Translations under genes and position numbers: made by a program | Assembly (NCBI GenBank): GCA_964464695.1 | Contig: CAYXKW010000005.1 | Location: 8,677 to 72,676, forward strand | Length of the DNA stretch: 64,000 nucleotides | Direction: 5' to 3' | From: an uncultured Candidatus Saccharibacteria bacterium | GTDB taxonomy: Bacteria; Patescibacteriota; Minisyncoccia; Phycocordibacterales; UBA5272 | Shown here: positions 1 through 9,516 of the stretch, piece by piece | Position numbering within the stretch: position 1 is the first letter of the stretch | How the letters are laid out: the number at the start of each line of letters is the position of its first letter | The notes under the pieces: generated by a model | What the model saw: only the letters and a program-made list of their open reading frames with translations | The model's database searches: none | Told to the model about the DNA's origin: nothing

Positions 1-1008
1 CCCTTGTGATAACCTTGGCACTTTGGTTTCTACTAAGTCACTCGCAGAAATAATTGTTGTTTTTTCAATATTAATATACTCCGTTGCAACAAGCGCTGTC
101 ATTAATTTAGTAATTGCACCAATTGAAATCACTTTTGATTTATCTTGCTCTAGGAAAACATAGTTATTGTGCATATCTGCGAACAGAAAAGAATTTGTTT
201 CAAGTACCGGCTTTTTTTCTGTATACGAAAATGTGTCCAAAATAAAATCTTTTTCATACACAAGAATTGGCGTACCAATCGTCACTTCATCAAATATCTT
301 TTTTGCATCTTCGTCAGTCAGACGAACACAACCACCAGAAAAAGTAGATGAAACAGGTGACCCATCATCATACTTTGGCCATCCGTGGATAAAAAAGTTC
401 CCTTGGAACTGCATACTCCACGGCTGTGACACATGCCCCATACTTGAATAGTGTGATTTTTCTTTTGTTTGTATTTTATATAATCCTGCAGGAGTTTCCC
501 ACCACGAACCTTCCTTTCCTTTTGTCTTTACTGGCACTTCAACCGTTACAACACCTTCTTTGTATACTCGCGCAATCATTTGTGATAAATCTACCTCAAC
601 AAATGTTGCTTTTTCATTAATGAACTGTGTTCGTACTTTATTAAAAAAATCAGGATTAGAAAGTGCTGGTTGAACTCCATAACTAAACACAACTTTATCT
701 GGGGAAGTTGCCGCCTCTGTCATAAGAACATAATTATTTACATTTGTTCCAAAATATACAAATAAAACAGCAGAAAAGCCGATAGCCACAAGTAGTGTAC
801 TGATGAATGTGAGTGCGCTTACTTCCCCGTAGAATAGCTTACGAAACGAAAAATGCTTCTGCTCTTCCGGATGTTCCACAAAATAAAAAGCCTGATCAAT
901 ATCTTCCTTACTCCACCCATCTGCTAGAAGTTCTTTTCTAATCGTCGCTTCCTCCATCCATTCAGACTTCCTGAGTGTGACATGTTTTACTAACTGCTTG
1001 TGATACAT
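1..1008 (-). CDS. L,D-transpeptidase (YkuD) domain fused to a D-Ala-D-Ala carboxypeptidase (peptidase S11)-like domain; truncated by the window edge
   Basis: Hand translation from ATG at 1008 (absent from the ORF track because it runs off the edge): N-terminal TM segment, ETPAG...FFIHGWP...SGGCVRL (YkuD His/Cys motif), then SIGAITKLMTALV (S11-like motif). Confidence 0.8.
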   Translation of the reverse strand, partial: MYHKQLVKHVTLRKSEWMEEATIRKELLADGWSKEDIDQAFYFVEHPEEQKHFSFRKLFYGEVSALTFISTLLVAIGFSAVLFVYFGTNVNNYVLMTEAATSPDKVVFSYGVQPALSNPDFFNKVRTQFINEKATFVEVDLSQMIARVYKEGVVTVEVPVKTKGKEGSWWETPAGLYKIQTKEKSHYSSMGHVSQPWSMQFQGNFFIHGWPKYDDGSPVSSTFSGGCVRLTDEDAKKIFDEVTIGTPILVYEKDFILDTFSYTEKKPVLETNSFLFADMHNNYVFLEQDKSKVISIGAITKLMTALVATEYINIEKTTIISASDLVETKVPRLSQG

Positions 1009-1015
1009 AGTGACA

Positions 1016-1198
1016 TTACCATGAATACCCTTTTCTATTGATGATTATTATCGTTAATCCGAGCGCAATAAATATCCCTCCCCCAACTACACCACCCATG
1101 CCGATTGGACCCTGTAATGATGCAAGGATCCCAAGACCGTTAGCAAAACATCCCATAATAATAAATACAAACCCGATAAATTTAAGAAAGGATTTCAT
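1016..1198 (-). CDS. small two-TM membrane protein
   Basis: Hydrophobic MKSFLKFIGFVF...; TGCTATACT lies 6 nt upstream of ATG 1198. Confidence 0.55.
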   Translation of the reverse strand: MKSFLKFIGFVFIIMGCFANGLGILASLQGPIGMGGVVGGGIFIALGLTIIIINRKGYSW

Positions 1199-1294
1199 GA
1201 GGTAAGTATAGCAGGAGAATGAAGGAGATTTGGTTAGATGCTCACAATTGAGCAATACGTAAAAGCATCATCTTACGATGGTGCTATTAATTTC

Positions 1295-1387
1295 TGTGAA
1301 CGTTCAGCAGATAGAACTTAGTGGATTCATTGCCACGCAAAGTTTATTTGTTAGTTTTTAGTGTATCATTTTGACCCTTATCGTGAG
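1295..1387 (+). repeat. 93-bp imperfect direct repeat, copy 1 (island-end/att arm)
   Basis: 81/93 identical to 2431-2523 by manual alignment. Confidence 0.9.
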
Positions 1388-1449
1388 ATCTTTAATAATT
1401 CATTTTTTAAAATATTCCCCATTTTGTCAATTACTCTAGTGACGATATG

Positions 1450-2223
1450 TTAATATGTAGTGATTAGTATTCTAGAAAACACTGTTTCTTTTAAAGTATC
1501 TCTTAAATCTTCTTCCTGTTCTTTTGGGGATATAAAATAAAGGATTTGTTCAGGTTGTATTTGCAAAAAACCAGAAGGGTTAATATCTTTGAACAAAAGA
1601 GAGGTCTTAATATTCTCCTCTTTCTCATAATTCTCTGAAAAAGGGGCTCTGTATTTTGATCTTATTCTATATTCTCTTTCATATTTGTGGTCAGATGTCT
1701 CAACCCATTTCAACAATTCAATTAAATGTGAATAAAGAGGGTTGGTGAAGGAATCTGGTAACTGAGGGCAACTTAAAAGTAGATCTTCATACATTTTTAT
1801 AGTATAAGCACCTTCAACATCTATCCACTTACCGCCTAAAAACATTTGAGGCTTTGGTTTAGGAATACTTTCAACTAAAAGACCTCTAAGTAGCTCGAAG
1901 ACTTTTCCATTTTTTTCGATATACACAACAGGCTTCATTCCATTATCCAAACACCAGCTATAATTTATCGCAATACCAAATGGACCAAACTGTCCAAGAG
2001 GAATATACTTTTTGAAATCTTGGTTGACGGGAATAGCGGTAAAACAGACCATCCCAAGATTAATATCAGGAACGTCTTTATTAATATCCCCAAAAAGTAA
2101 CTCCCAGGTTTTTGTCTGGTTGTACATAAACACAAAACCATTTTCCAGTATCGAGAGTAAGCTTCCGACGCTCCTAGTACAGTGAACGATGACAGATTCT
2201 TGATTTAAAATCTCGCCAGACAT
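1450..2223 (-). CDS. AbiGi-family abortive-infection/defence protein
   Basis: Motifs VHCT..L.SILENGF, MVCFTAIP, FGPFGIA...W....G.KPVVY and YEREYR resemble the AbiGi family. Confidence 0.65.
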   Translation of the reverse strand: MSGEILNQESVIVHCTRSVGSLLSILENGFVFMYNQTKTWELLFGDINKDVPDINLGMVCFTAIPVNQDFKKYIPLGQFGPFGIAINYSWCLDNGMKPVVYIEKNGKVFELLRGLLVESIPKPKPQMFLGGKWIDVEGAYTIKMYEDLLLSCPQLPDSFTNPLYSHLIELLKWVETSDHKYEREYRIRSKYRAPFSENYEKEENIKTSLLFKDINPSGFLQIQPEQILYFISPKEQEEDLRDTLKETVFSRILITTY

Positions 2224-2280
2224 TATAATGGTTAGTTTAAATAGAAATTAAAATAAAAGCAATTAAATTTGCCACCCACA

Positions 2281-2430
2281 GAGAGTCGGTCACGAAACTT
2301 CTCCTCGTAAACTCGTCGATAAAGTTTCGCGACCCCGTATTCGACTCTCCCACAAACCACGCAGGTGGTTTGCTCTCTATTGATCACAGTCAACAAAAAT
2401 ACACAGGAAGAACCTGTGTATTTTTGTTGA
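2281..2430 (-). repeat. structured tRNA-trailer element (nested hairpins), homologous to 18831-18985
   Basis: gagtcggtcac...gacccc-gtattcgactc matches the reverse complement of the tRNA-Val trailer; 18-bp perfect IR at 2390-2430. Confidence 0.75.
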
Positions 2431-2523
2431 TGTGAGCGTTCAGCAGATAGAACTTACTGGGTTCGTTACCCCACAAAGCTTATTTGTTAGTTTTTAGTAT
2501 ACCATTTTAACCCTTCTCGTGAG
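2431..2523 (+). repeat. 93-bp imperfect direct repeat, copy 2; left end of the 15.9 kb island
   Basis: Matches 1295-1387; contains the GTGA core (2432-2435) and the arm TTCAGCAGATAGAAC. Confidence 0.9.
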
Positions 2524-2921
2524 CCTATTAAAAAGTGACAAAAGTGACACTTTTTACACAATTTAATTACAGCCAGATGTCACTATTTTTTACATATAGT
2601 TATATATTCTTCTATACATCAACAAGTGTAGATATATTAATTTGGTAGATACTTGAAATAGGATCAAAAACCAGTTCTCGATTAGAAAAAACAGCGGAAA
2701 AATGAGAAGAATTTTCTAATCATTTCTATTTAAACCTTATATATCAACGAATTTGTTTTATTTTGACTCAATATTTTGACACCAAAAACTTGTGATATAA
2801 TAAGAGGTAACAGCAGAGGTGCACGAAGCAGTGCAATGAGTAACTTTTTAGATAAAGGCTCACGTAATCTTGAAAAAGATACGTGGGCCTTTGTTTGTTT
2901 TAAATCCCTAACAAACAACAT

Positions 2922-4202
2922 ATGACTAAAAATATACAAGTCGTTTATCTATCAGTTGCCAGCCTTAACCCATCAGAGTACAATCCTCGCAAACATACAA
3001 CGGAACAAGCAAATCAGCTTAAAGAGAGTATTAAGCGATTCGGATTCATAGATCCAATAATCTGTAACAGTGCCAAAGGTCGAGAGAATACCGTTATCGG
3101 AGGGCACTTCCGCCTTGAGATGGCGAAGGAACTCAACATCACAGAAGTTCCTGTTGTGTTCGTAAACATTTCAGATCTTGAAAAGGAACAGGAGTTGAAT
3201 GTTCGCTTGAACAAAAACACTGGAGAATTTGATTTTGAAAAACTCCAACAATTAAACTTCGATATGCTGCTCGATATCGGTTTCGATCAAAAGGAGCTCG
3301 ACGACATATGGAATAACAAACTTAACAACAATGAGTTCAATGTCGAAGAAGAACTCAAGAAGATTAAGGAACCAAAGACACGAAAAGGCGACATTATTGT
3401 AATGGACGGATGCAGATTGATCTGTGGCGATTCACTTCTCCCTGAAACACTTCAAAAGCTTTTTGGTGACGAACGTGCTTCCTTAATAATCTCGGATCCA
3501 ATCTACAACATTTCTGTGAATTATGACAGTGGAATTGGGGGCAAACAAAGTTATGGAGGTACAGTCGATGATAACAAGACAGACAAGGAGTATGAAAACT
3601 TCTTGAGAAAGAGCATGGTCGCAGCACTCGCAGTAACAAAAGCTGATGCTAATATATTTTACTGGAGCGATCAGGCATATATCTGGCTTATTCAAACTCT
3701 CTACCGTGAACTTGGTATAACTAATCGTCGTGTGTGCATATGGTTGAAGAACTCACAAAATTGCGTACCTAAGGTAGCTTTCAACAAATGCTATGAACCG
3801 TGCACGTACGGTACTCGTGGTAAGCCGTATATTACAAAAGGTGTAAATGATCTCAATGAGATTATGAATGATGACATGACAACTGGTAATGATTTGTTAC
3901 AACAAGCACAAGATCATCTAACGGTATGGATGGAAAAGAGACTCTCTGGAAATGAGTACGAGCACAGCACTATGAAGCCAGATGAGGTCTATCAAAAAGC
4001 CATTCGTCGTTGTACAAAAATGAACGATATCATTCTTGATAGCTTCTCTGGTTCAGGAAGTACGATTATTGCAGGTATTAAGCTCAAACGCAGAGTGTAC
4101 GCTGTTGAAATTGAAGAAGTATTTTGTGACTTAACGATACGACGCTATGAAGCGTTAACAGGCAAAAAAGCAAAGGTTATCCGAAATGGCGAAAAAGGAT
4201 AA
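2922..4202 (+). CDS. ParB-like N-terminal domain fused to an N4/N6 DNA methyltransferase
   Basis: YNPRK...SIKRFGFIDPII...IGGHFR (ParB/Srx); DPIY (motif IV-like); HSTMKP; DSFSGSGST (SAM-binding). Confidence 0.85.
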   Translation: MTKNIQVVYLSVASLNPSEYNPRKHTTEQANQLKESIKRFGFIDPIICNSAKGRENTVIGGHFRLEMAKELNITEVPVVFVNISDLEKEQELNVRLNKNTGEFDFEKLQQLNFDMLLDIGFDQKELDDIWNNKLNNNEFNVEEELKKIKEPKTRKGDIIVMDGCRLICGDSLLPETLQKLFGDERASLIISDPIYNISVNYDSGIGGKQSYGGTVDDNKTDKEYENFLRKSMVAALAVTKADANIFYWSDQAYIWLIQTLYRELGITNRRVCIWLKNSQNCVPKVAFNKCYEPCTYGTRGKPYITKGVNDLNEIMNDDMTTGNDLLQQAQDHLTVWMEKRLSGNEYEHSTMKPDEVYQKAIRRCTKMNDIILDSFSGSGSTIIAGIKLKRRVYAVEIEEVFCDLTIRRYEALTGKKAKVIRNGEKG

Positions 4203-4599
4203 AAAGGTTAAAGACTTTCTTGAACACCTTAACACCGTTCCCAATATTTCTCTCGCCTGTGAAAAAGTTGGCTTAGCGAGGAATACAATCTATCGTTGGT
4301 GTAAGGAAGATAAAGAGTTTCAGGAAAGTGTTGATAATGCACTTTTATGTGGCGTAGATTCTATTACAGATCTTGCAGAGAGTAAGCTCATAACTCATAT
4401 CAATAATGGAAACTTACGTTCTATTCAGTATTGGTTAGATAATCACAAAAAAGAGTATATACGACCACGAGTTATCGTAGATTCAAAAGATTCACTTGAA
4501 CCAATTTCGTACATTGAGATTCTTCCAGTAGATCCTAATAATCTTCCACCACCTCTACCGTTAAATGAATTTGATCTTCCTTTAGATTATATTGGTTAA
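4186..4599 (+). CDS. helix-turn-helix protein (terminase-small-subunit-like)
   Basis: ISLACEKVGLARNTIYRW HTH and DLAESKL; overlaps the methylase gene as in phage-derived modules. Confidence 0.65.
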   Translation: MAKKDKKVKDFLEHLNTVPNISLACEKVGLARNTIYRWCKEDKEFQESVDNALLCGVDSITDLAESKLITHINNGNLRSIQYWLDNHKKEYIRPRVIVDSKDSLEPISYIEILPVDPNNLPPPLPLNEFDLPLDYIG

Positions 4600-4612
4600 T
4601 AGTAACGGTAAC

Positions 4613-4641
4613 AAAAACTATGACATAATGTCGTAGTTTTT
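4613..4641. promoter_or_regulatory. imperfect inverted repeat upstream of the recombinase (operator or terminator)
   Basis: aaaaactatgacat-a-atgtcgtagttttt. Confidence 0.35.
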
Positions 4642-4733
4642 GATATTTTGTAATATTTTTTTACTCTCACAATGTCGTCTTTTTTAGTTCTGCATAGACT
4701 ATGCAGGGATTATGGTTCTGTCATTAATATAAT

Positions 4734-6056
4734 ATGGAGACAAGAACAATTGGAAAGATACATAGCTCTGTAACCTTATCAGAAGTAAGAGTTAAGTACT
4801 GTCTATATGCTAGAAAATCAACTGAGTCAGATGAAATGCAAGCTTTGTCGATAGATTCACAGATTAAAGAAATGGAAGCTATAGCAGAGCGTTTAGGACT
4901 TTATGTTGTAGAAGTTAAAAGAGAATCTCATTCAGCAAAAGCTTCGGGTCAACGACCAGTGTATAAAAAGCTATTATCAGAAATTGATCAAGGAAAGTTT
5001 AACGGTGTATTAACGTGGGCGCCAGATCGGTTAAGTAGAAATGCAGGCGACCTGGGATCACTTGTTGATTTAATGGATCAGCGAAAATTAATCCATATAC
5101 AAACATATGGTCAAACTTTTTCTAACTCTCCTAATGAAAAGTTCTTGCTCATGATTCTTTGTTCTCAAGCAAAACTAGAAAATGATAATAAAAGTATTAA
5201 TGTTAAAAGAGGATTGAGAGCAAGAGTTGAAATGGGGTTATGGCCATGTCGTCCACCAACAGGATATACGAAGTTTAAAAGAATGGATCAAAAGTGCGAG
5301 TCTGTTATAGATGAAGTAAGGGCACCAATAATTAAACAAATGTTTGAAAAGGTTGGGTACGATGGTTGGTCTGGTAGAAAGGTGTGGGGTTGGCTTAAAG
5401 ATGATAAAGATTTTAAGACAGAGAATAATATACATCTAAGCTTAGGTAACTTTTATCGACTACTGCAAAATCACTTCTATTATGGAAGATTTGAATTCCC
5501 TAAAAACTCAGGAAATTGGTATAACGGATCACACATTCCAATTATCACAAAAGAACTCTTTGATTTAGTTCAAGAGAAAATTAAGAGTCAAATATTAGAA
5601 CCTAAAACCGAACAAAAGGAATTCGCTTTTACAAAGATCATGACATGCGGTCTGTGTGGTTCTGGTATTACAGCAGACGAGAAATTTAAACACCAACAAA
5701 ATGGTAATGTTCATAGATATGTGTACTACAAATGCACAAGAACGAGAGATCAGAATTGTCCCTGTGGTTTCCTTAATGAAGAGGATTTAATAGAACAACT
5801 AAAAGACCTCATTGATGATCTTAATATTCAGATAGTCCCCATGAAAGAGAAAATCACTAATGAGGTCAGAAGATTCAAGAAGTTTCAACATATGCTACTA
5901 GGAAACAAAACACCAATATCCGTTAAAGATATTGATATTCGTAACTATGCGAAGTTTATTTTGGTTGAGGGAGAAATGGAGGAAAAGAGAGAATTTTTTA
6001 AATGTCTCAATTCTAAGATACTACTATCGAATAAGAAAATTTTATTAGTAAATTAA
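4734..6056 (+). CDS. large serine recombinase (resolvase + recombinase + Zn-ribbon)
   Basis: YARKS catalytic motif, DRLSRN, CGLCG...YYKC...C zinc ribbon. Confidence 0.93.
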   Translation: METRTIGKIHSSVTLSEVRVKYCLYARKSTESDEMQALSIDSQIKEMEAIAERLGLYVVEVKRESHSAKASGQRPVYKKLLSEIDQGKFNGVLTWAPDRLSRNAGDLGSLVDLMDQRKLIHIQTYGQTFSNSPNEKFLLMILCSQAKLENDNKSINVKRGLRARVEMGLWPCRPPTGYTKFKRMDQKCESVIDEVRAPIIKQMFEKVGYDGWSGRKVWGWLKDDKDFKTENNIHLSLGNFYRLLQNHFYYGRFEFPKNSGNWYNGSHIPIITKELFDLVQEKIKSQILEPKTEQKEFAFTKIMTCGLCGSGITADEKFKHQQNGNVHRYVYYKCTRTRDQNCPCGFLNEEDLIEQLKDLIDDLNIQIVPMKEKITNEVRRFKKFQHMLLGNKTPISVKDIDIRNYAKFILVEGEMEEKREFFKCLNSKILLSNKKILLVN

Positions 6057-6094
6057 ACATATTTTCATGGTAAAATACATCATAATTAACCTTA

Positions 6095-6646
6095 ATGGAA
6101 GCTCTAATCTTAACTTATAAATATTGGATTATATTGCCTTTAGCTATTGTAGAAGGTCCAATTATAACCATAATAGCTTCATTTCTCGCTAGTATTGGTT
6201 TATTAAATGTATTTTTCGTTTACCCATTAGTTCTTTTAGGGGATATCATCGGTGACATTATTCATTATTTTGTTGGTAGAGTTGGTGGTAATAGAATAAT
6301 AAAAAAGTACGGTCATTATTTTAAAGTAACAGAAGATAATATTCATGAAGTTAAAGCGAAGTATTTTAATAATAAAAATTCACTTTGGAAAATTATTACT
6401 CTAAGTAAAATTACACATGCCCCATCATCTCTAATTATGTTGGTTTCTGGTATTGTGAAAATTGATTTTAAGCAGTTTTTACTAATTACGACTGTTAATA
6501 ATATTTTTAAAGTACTTGCATTCGTGCTCATCGGTTTCTTCTTCGGTAAGTCATACTTAGTGATTGAAAATTATATTAGTAATTCTTGGGTAATTTTTCT
6601 ACCAATATTTGGAATCATTGTTTACTTTTTATATTCAAAAAAATAA
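6095..6646 (+). CDS. DedA/VTT family membrane protein
   Basis: EGPI, GDIIGDIIHYFVGR motif, multiple TM segments. Confidence 0.85.
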   Translation: MEALILTYKYWIILPLAIVEGPIITIIASFLASIGLLNVFFVYPLVLLGDIIGDIIHYFVGRVGGNRIIKKYGHYFKVTEDNIHEVKAKYFNNKNSLWKIITLSKITHAPSSLIMLVSGIVKIDFKQFLLITTVNNIFKVLAFVLIGFFFGKSYLVIENYISNSWVIFLPIFGIIVYFLYSKK

Positions 6647-6649
6647 TGT

Positions 6650-7339
6650 ATGAAAAAGATATCTTGTATAATTCCAACTTATAATGAAGAAGAACAAATA
6701 GAAACAATACTCAGAACTTTAAACCCGTTACTGGGTAATACTTTAGACGAGGTAATAGTAATTGATGACTTTTCTTCTGACAGAACGAAGAAAATAGTTA
6801 AAGGACACAAAAATATCCTTTTGATTGAACATACAAAAAATGAAGGGAAGAGTAAAACCATTGCAGACGGAATTAGGGGAGCAAAGAATGATATCATTCT
6901 AATGATTGATGGTGACCTAATTGGATTAAACGAAACTAATATTTTAAATCTAGTTAATCCTATACTTACTAACTTAGCTGATATATCTATAAGTTATAGA
7001 GGTAATACACCTAAGTGGTGGATTCATTTTTTTAAGATCGAAACTTTTAGTGGAGAGAGATGTTTCTATAAAGAATTACTTTTGGACAATTTAAAGGAAA
7101 TAGAATATTTACCAGGATATGGATTAGAGGTTTACATCAATGAAAAGTTAGTTAGGAATAAACTTAGGATAAAGTCTGTCCCGATGAATAATGTAACAAT
7201 AAAATTTAAATGGCACAAACATGGCGTGATTATTGGTGTTTGGAAAGAACTATTAATGTGGAAAAATATTTTTGCCACAGTAAACCCTATAAAATTAATT
7301 ATACAAGTCGCAAAAATGAAGAAACTTTTGATTGATTAA
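6650..7339 (+). CDS. glycosyltransferase family 2
   Basis: IIPTYNEE, VIDDFSSD, MIDGDL. Confidence 0.88.
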   Translation: MKKISCIIPTYNEEEQIETILRTLNPLLGNTLDEVIVIDDFSSDRTKKIVKGHKNILLIEHTKNEGKSKTIADGIRGAKNDIILMIDGDLIGLNETNILNLVNPILTNLADISISYRGNTPKWWIHFFKIETFSGERCFYKELLLDNLKEIEYLPGYGLEVYINEKLVRNKLRIKSVPMNNVTIKFKWHKHGVIIGVWKELLMWKNIFATVNPIKLIIQVAKMKKLLID

Positions 7340-8430
7340 AGTTTATACTTTCGTAGTATTGGTTTGTAGATATATAAAGAGATTTTTGACAATACAGACC
7401 ATAGCAATCTTCTTGCTAGATTTAAGTGTTGTGTATTAATAAACATATATTCAATTTCTGGCACAGCTCCTCTATTTAACTTAAAACTCGGTGCCCCAGA
7501 ACTTATATTGAGAAATAAACCATTATCATATGCGTATTTAATAATATAGATTAAACATCTTCTGTATAAAGCATTCTCGCTTGGTCGGTTAATTTCGTAT
7601 CCAACAATTGGAGCTGTAACAGTAACAGTGTCACCTATTAATCCAACTACAGCAACAAATTTACCCTGTTCTATATCTAGTAGTAACCTTAGATGCAGTA
7701 GATTTTCTTTACAAAGTTTTTGCATATAAAGTGCCGTATATTGAATATTTTCTTCAGTGTATTTCTCTAGGTAGAGTTTATTATAAAGAACTTCTGCAAT
7801 TTTAAAATGCTCAATATTATCAACATCAGGGCTGGTGAATATGTACTTTTCTGATTTTAATAGTTCAAGATCCCTGATAGCATCTCTTTTCTTTAAATTA
7901 AAACTTGGAAATATATAGACTTGTCTTGTAACAATTTGTATCCACCCATTTCTGAGTAAATTAGTAAGAATTTCATTATTTTGAGTTCCATTTATAGACC
8001 TAATTGCCAGTGTGTGGTCAGGATGTCTCTTTACTGCTTTTTTAGTTAAAGATTTAATATCTATGTCTTTCCAATACTCACTAAAAAAGTTAGTTGATAA
8101 CATATAGTTATTTAATGTTTGTATCTTATCTACTTTAAAAAATGAAAGGAAAGACGAGAATAAATTTATTACCACTCTCATAAGAAAAATGAGTACAAAA
8201 TTTTTTATCTTGTGAAGTTCTACTTTAGAGTAGTTTATGATCATCCCATTAGGGGAAACAACATAGCAGTTGTTTTCAAATACCTCGTCTGTAACTGTTG
8301 AGAGTATTAGTTTATTATCAAGTTCATAATATTCAATTTTAGTTTTTATATTATTAAAAAGATGTTCAATTTTATTTGAACAAAGTATTGAATGTAATTT
8401 GTATGAAAAGTCTTTTTCTAAGTTATCCAT
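7336..8430 (-). CDS. GNAT/FemAB-like fold protein, partner of the ATP-grasp gene
   Basis: C-terminal APIVGY...LYR...NISSGAPSFKLNRGA resembles the acetyltransferase fold; overlaps the ATP-grasp gene. Confidence 0.5.
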   Translation of the reverse strand: MDNLEKDFSYKLHSILCSNKIEHLFNNIKTKIEYYELDNKLILSTVTDEVFENNCYVVSPNGMIINYSKVELHKIKNFVLIFLMRVVINLFSSFLSFFKVDKIQTLNNYMLSTNFFSEYWKDIDIKSLTKKAVKRHPDHTLAIRSINGTQNNEILTNLLRNGWIQIVTRQVYIFPSFNLKKRDAIRDLELLKSEKYIFTSPDVDNIEHFKIAEVLYNKLYLEKYTEENIQYTALYMQKLCKENLLHLRLLLDIEQGKFVAVVGLIGDTVTVTAPIVGYEINRPSENALYRRCLIYIIKYAYDNGLFLNISSGAPSFKLNRGAVPEIEYMFINTQHLNLARRLLWSVLSKISLYIYKPILRKYKL

Positions 8431-9514
8431 TGTATTCTATATCATGAGTGGTTGCCGCGGCAAAAGAAGTTTTATAACGTATTGTTATATACATCATTTC
8501 TAAAAAAGATAAAATCTGTGCCTTAACAGGAAGCTCACCGACAACATCCCTTGCTTTTTTATAGTCATGAATCAACTCAGGCAATCTTCCTTCATGGAGA
8601 TATTTAAACCAAAACATTAGATATATACTTTTACTTATTCTACAACTTTCAAACGGTTTTGTATCGTCTGATGAAAAAGTATTATTCTTAAAGTAAATTG
8701 AATCTGACAATAAATGCAATCCACTAGTTGCTCTTGGATTACACTCAAGTACATAGAGGTCTTTTCCATCATCAATAAAATCAAAAGCAATCTGACCATT
8801 ATATTTTGTATCCTTAGCAAACTGCTCTATAAAATTATTACATTTTTCATTTTTTGTTAATTCAAAATATGTTGACGCGGCATTATTTACTAAATATTTT
8901 GGCTTATAAACAATCTGACTAATAACCTTTCCTTTGTGAATTATGGCGTAATTACATAAATAAGATCCTTTTATAAACTGTTGTTGCACCCAAGGATACT
9001 TTTCTGATATATCTAATCCTAGTATGCTTTTTTTGGTGACATCCCTTATAACATTTGTTCCAAATCTAGAAAAAACAGGTTTGAGGAGTGTATCTTTATC
9101 TTCAGTTCTGATTTGATTAATACTTTCTATTAACCTCATCTCGGGTACTTTAACAAAATTATTCATAAATTGCTTAAATGTAAATTTATTATGAAGTCCA
9201 AGCAATAGACCATTCTCAGGAATAAAAACCTTTTCCTTTAGTGCTGTATCTTGAACGACTGAGCTTAAGTAAAAAACGTCTTCACAGGTAGGTATAACAA
9301 AATCACTGTTCTCTATAATCCTAATGATCTCTCTTTTATAGTTTTTGAAATCTAGTTTTGGTGAAGGTATTTTTATAAATTTTACATTTTTATAATATTT
9401 AGCCATCGGAAAGTACAAAGAGTCAACTACAGTAACGTCGTGACCAGATCTTTGCATAATTTTAACCCATTCTATGGTTACAGGGGCTCTTGGACAAGTA
9501 ATAGTAACTTTCAT
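8423..9514 (-). CDS. ATP-grasp domain ligase
   Basis: IPTCE, LHNK, LKPVFSRFG, QQFIKG, AFDF, LECNPRATSG. Confidence 0.85.
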   Translation of the reverse strand: MKVTITCPRAPVTIEWVKIMQRSGHDVTVVDSLYFPMAKYYKNVKFIKIPSPKLDFKNYKREIIRIIENSDFVIPTCEDVFYLSSVVQDTALKEKVFIPENGLLLGLHNKFTFKQFMNNFVKVPEMRLIESINQIRTEDKDTLLKPVFSRFGTNVIRDVTKKSILGLDISEKYPWVQQQFIKGSYLCNYAIIHKGKVISQIVYKPKYLVNNAASTYFELTKNEKCNNFIEQFAKDTKYNGQIAFDFIDDGKDLYVLECNPRATSGLHLLSDSIYFKNNTFSSDDTKPFESCRISKSIYLMFWFKYLHEGRLPELIHDYKKARDVVGELPVKAQILSFLEMMYITIRYKTSFAAATTHDIEYNG

Positions 9515-9516
9515 AT

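Noticed and set aside
1295-2523. 93-bp repeats as DGR TR/VR or integron attC sites
   Set aside because: Mismatches are not adenine-specific, there is no integron integrase, and the repeats match the island att arm
2922-6056. intact prophage
   Set aside because: No capsid, portal, tail, large terminase or lysis genes
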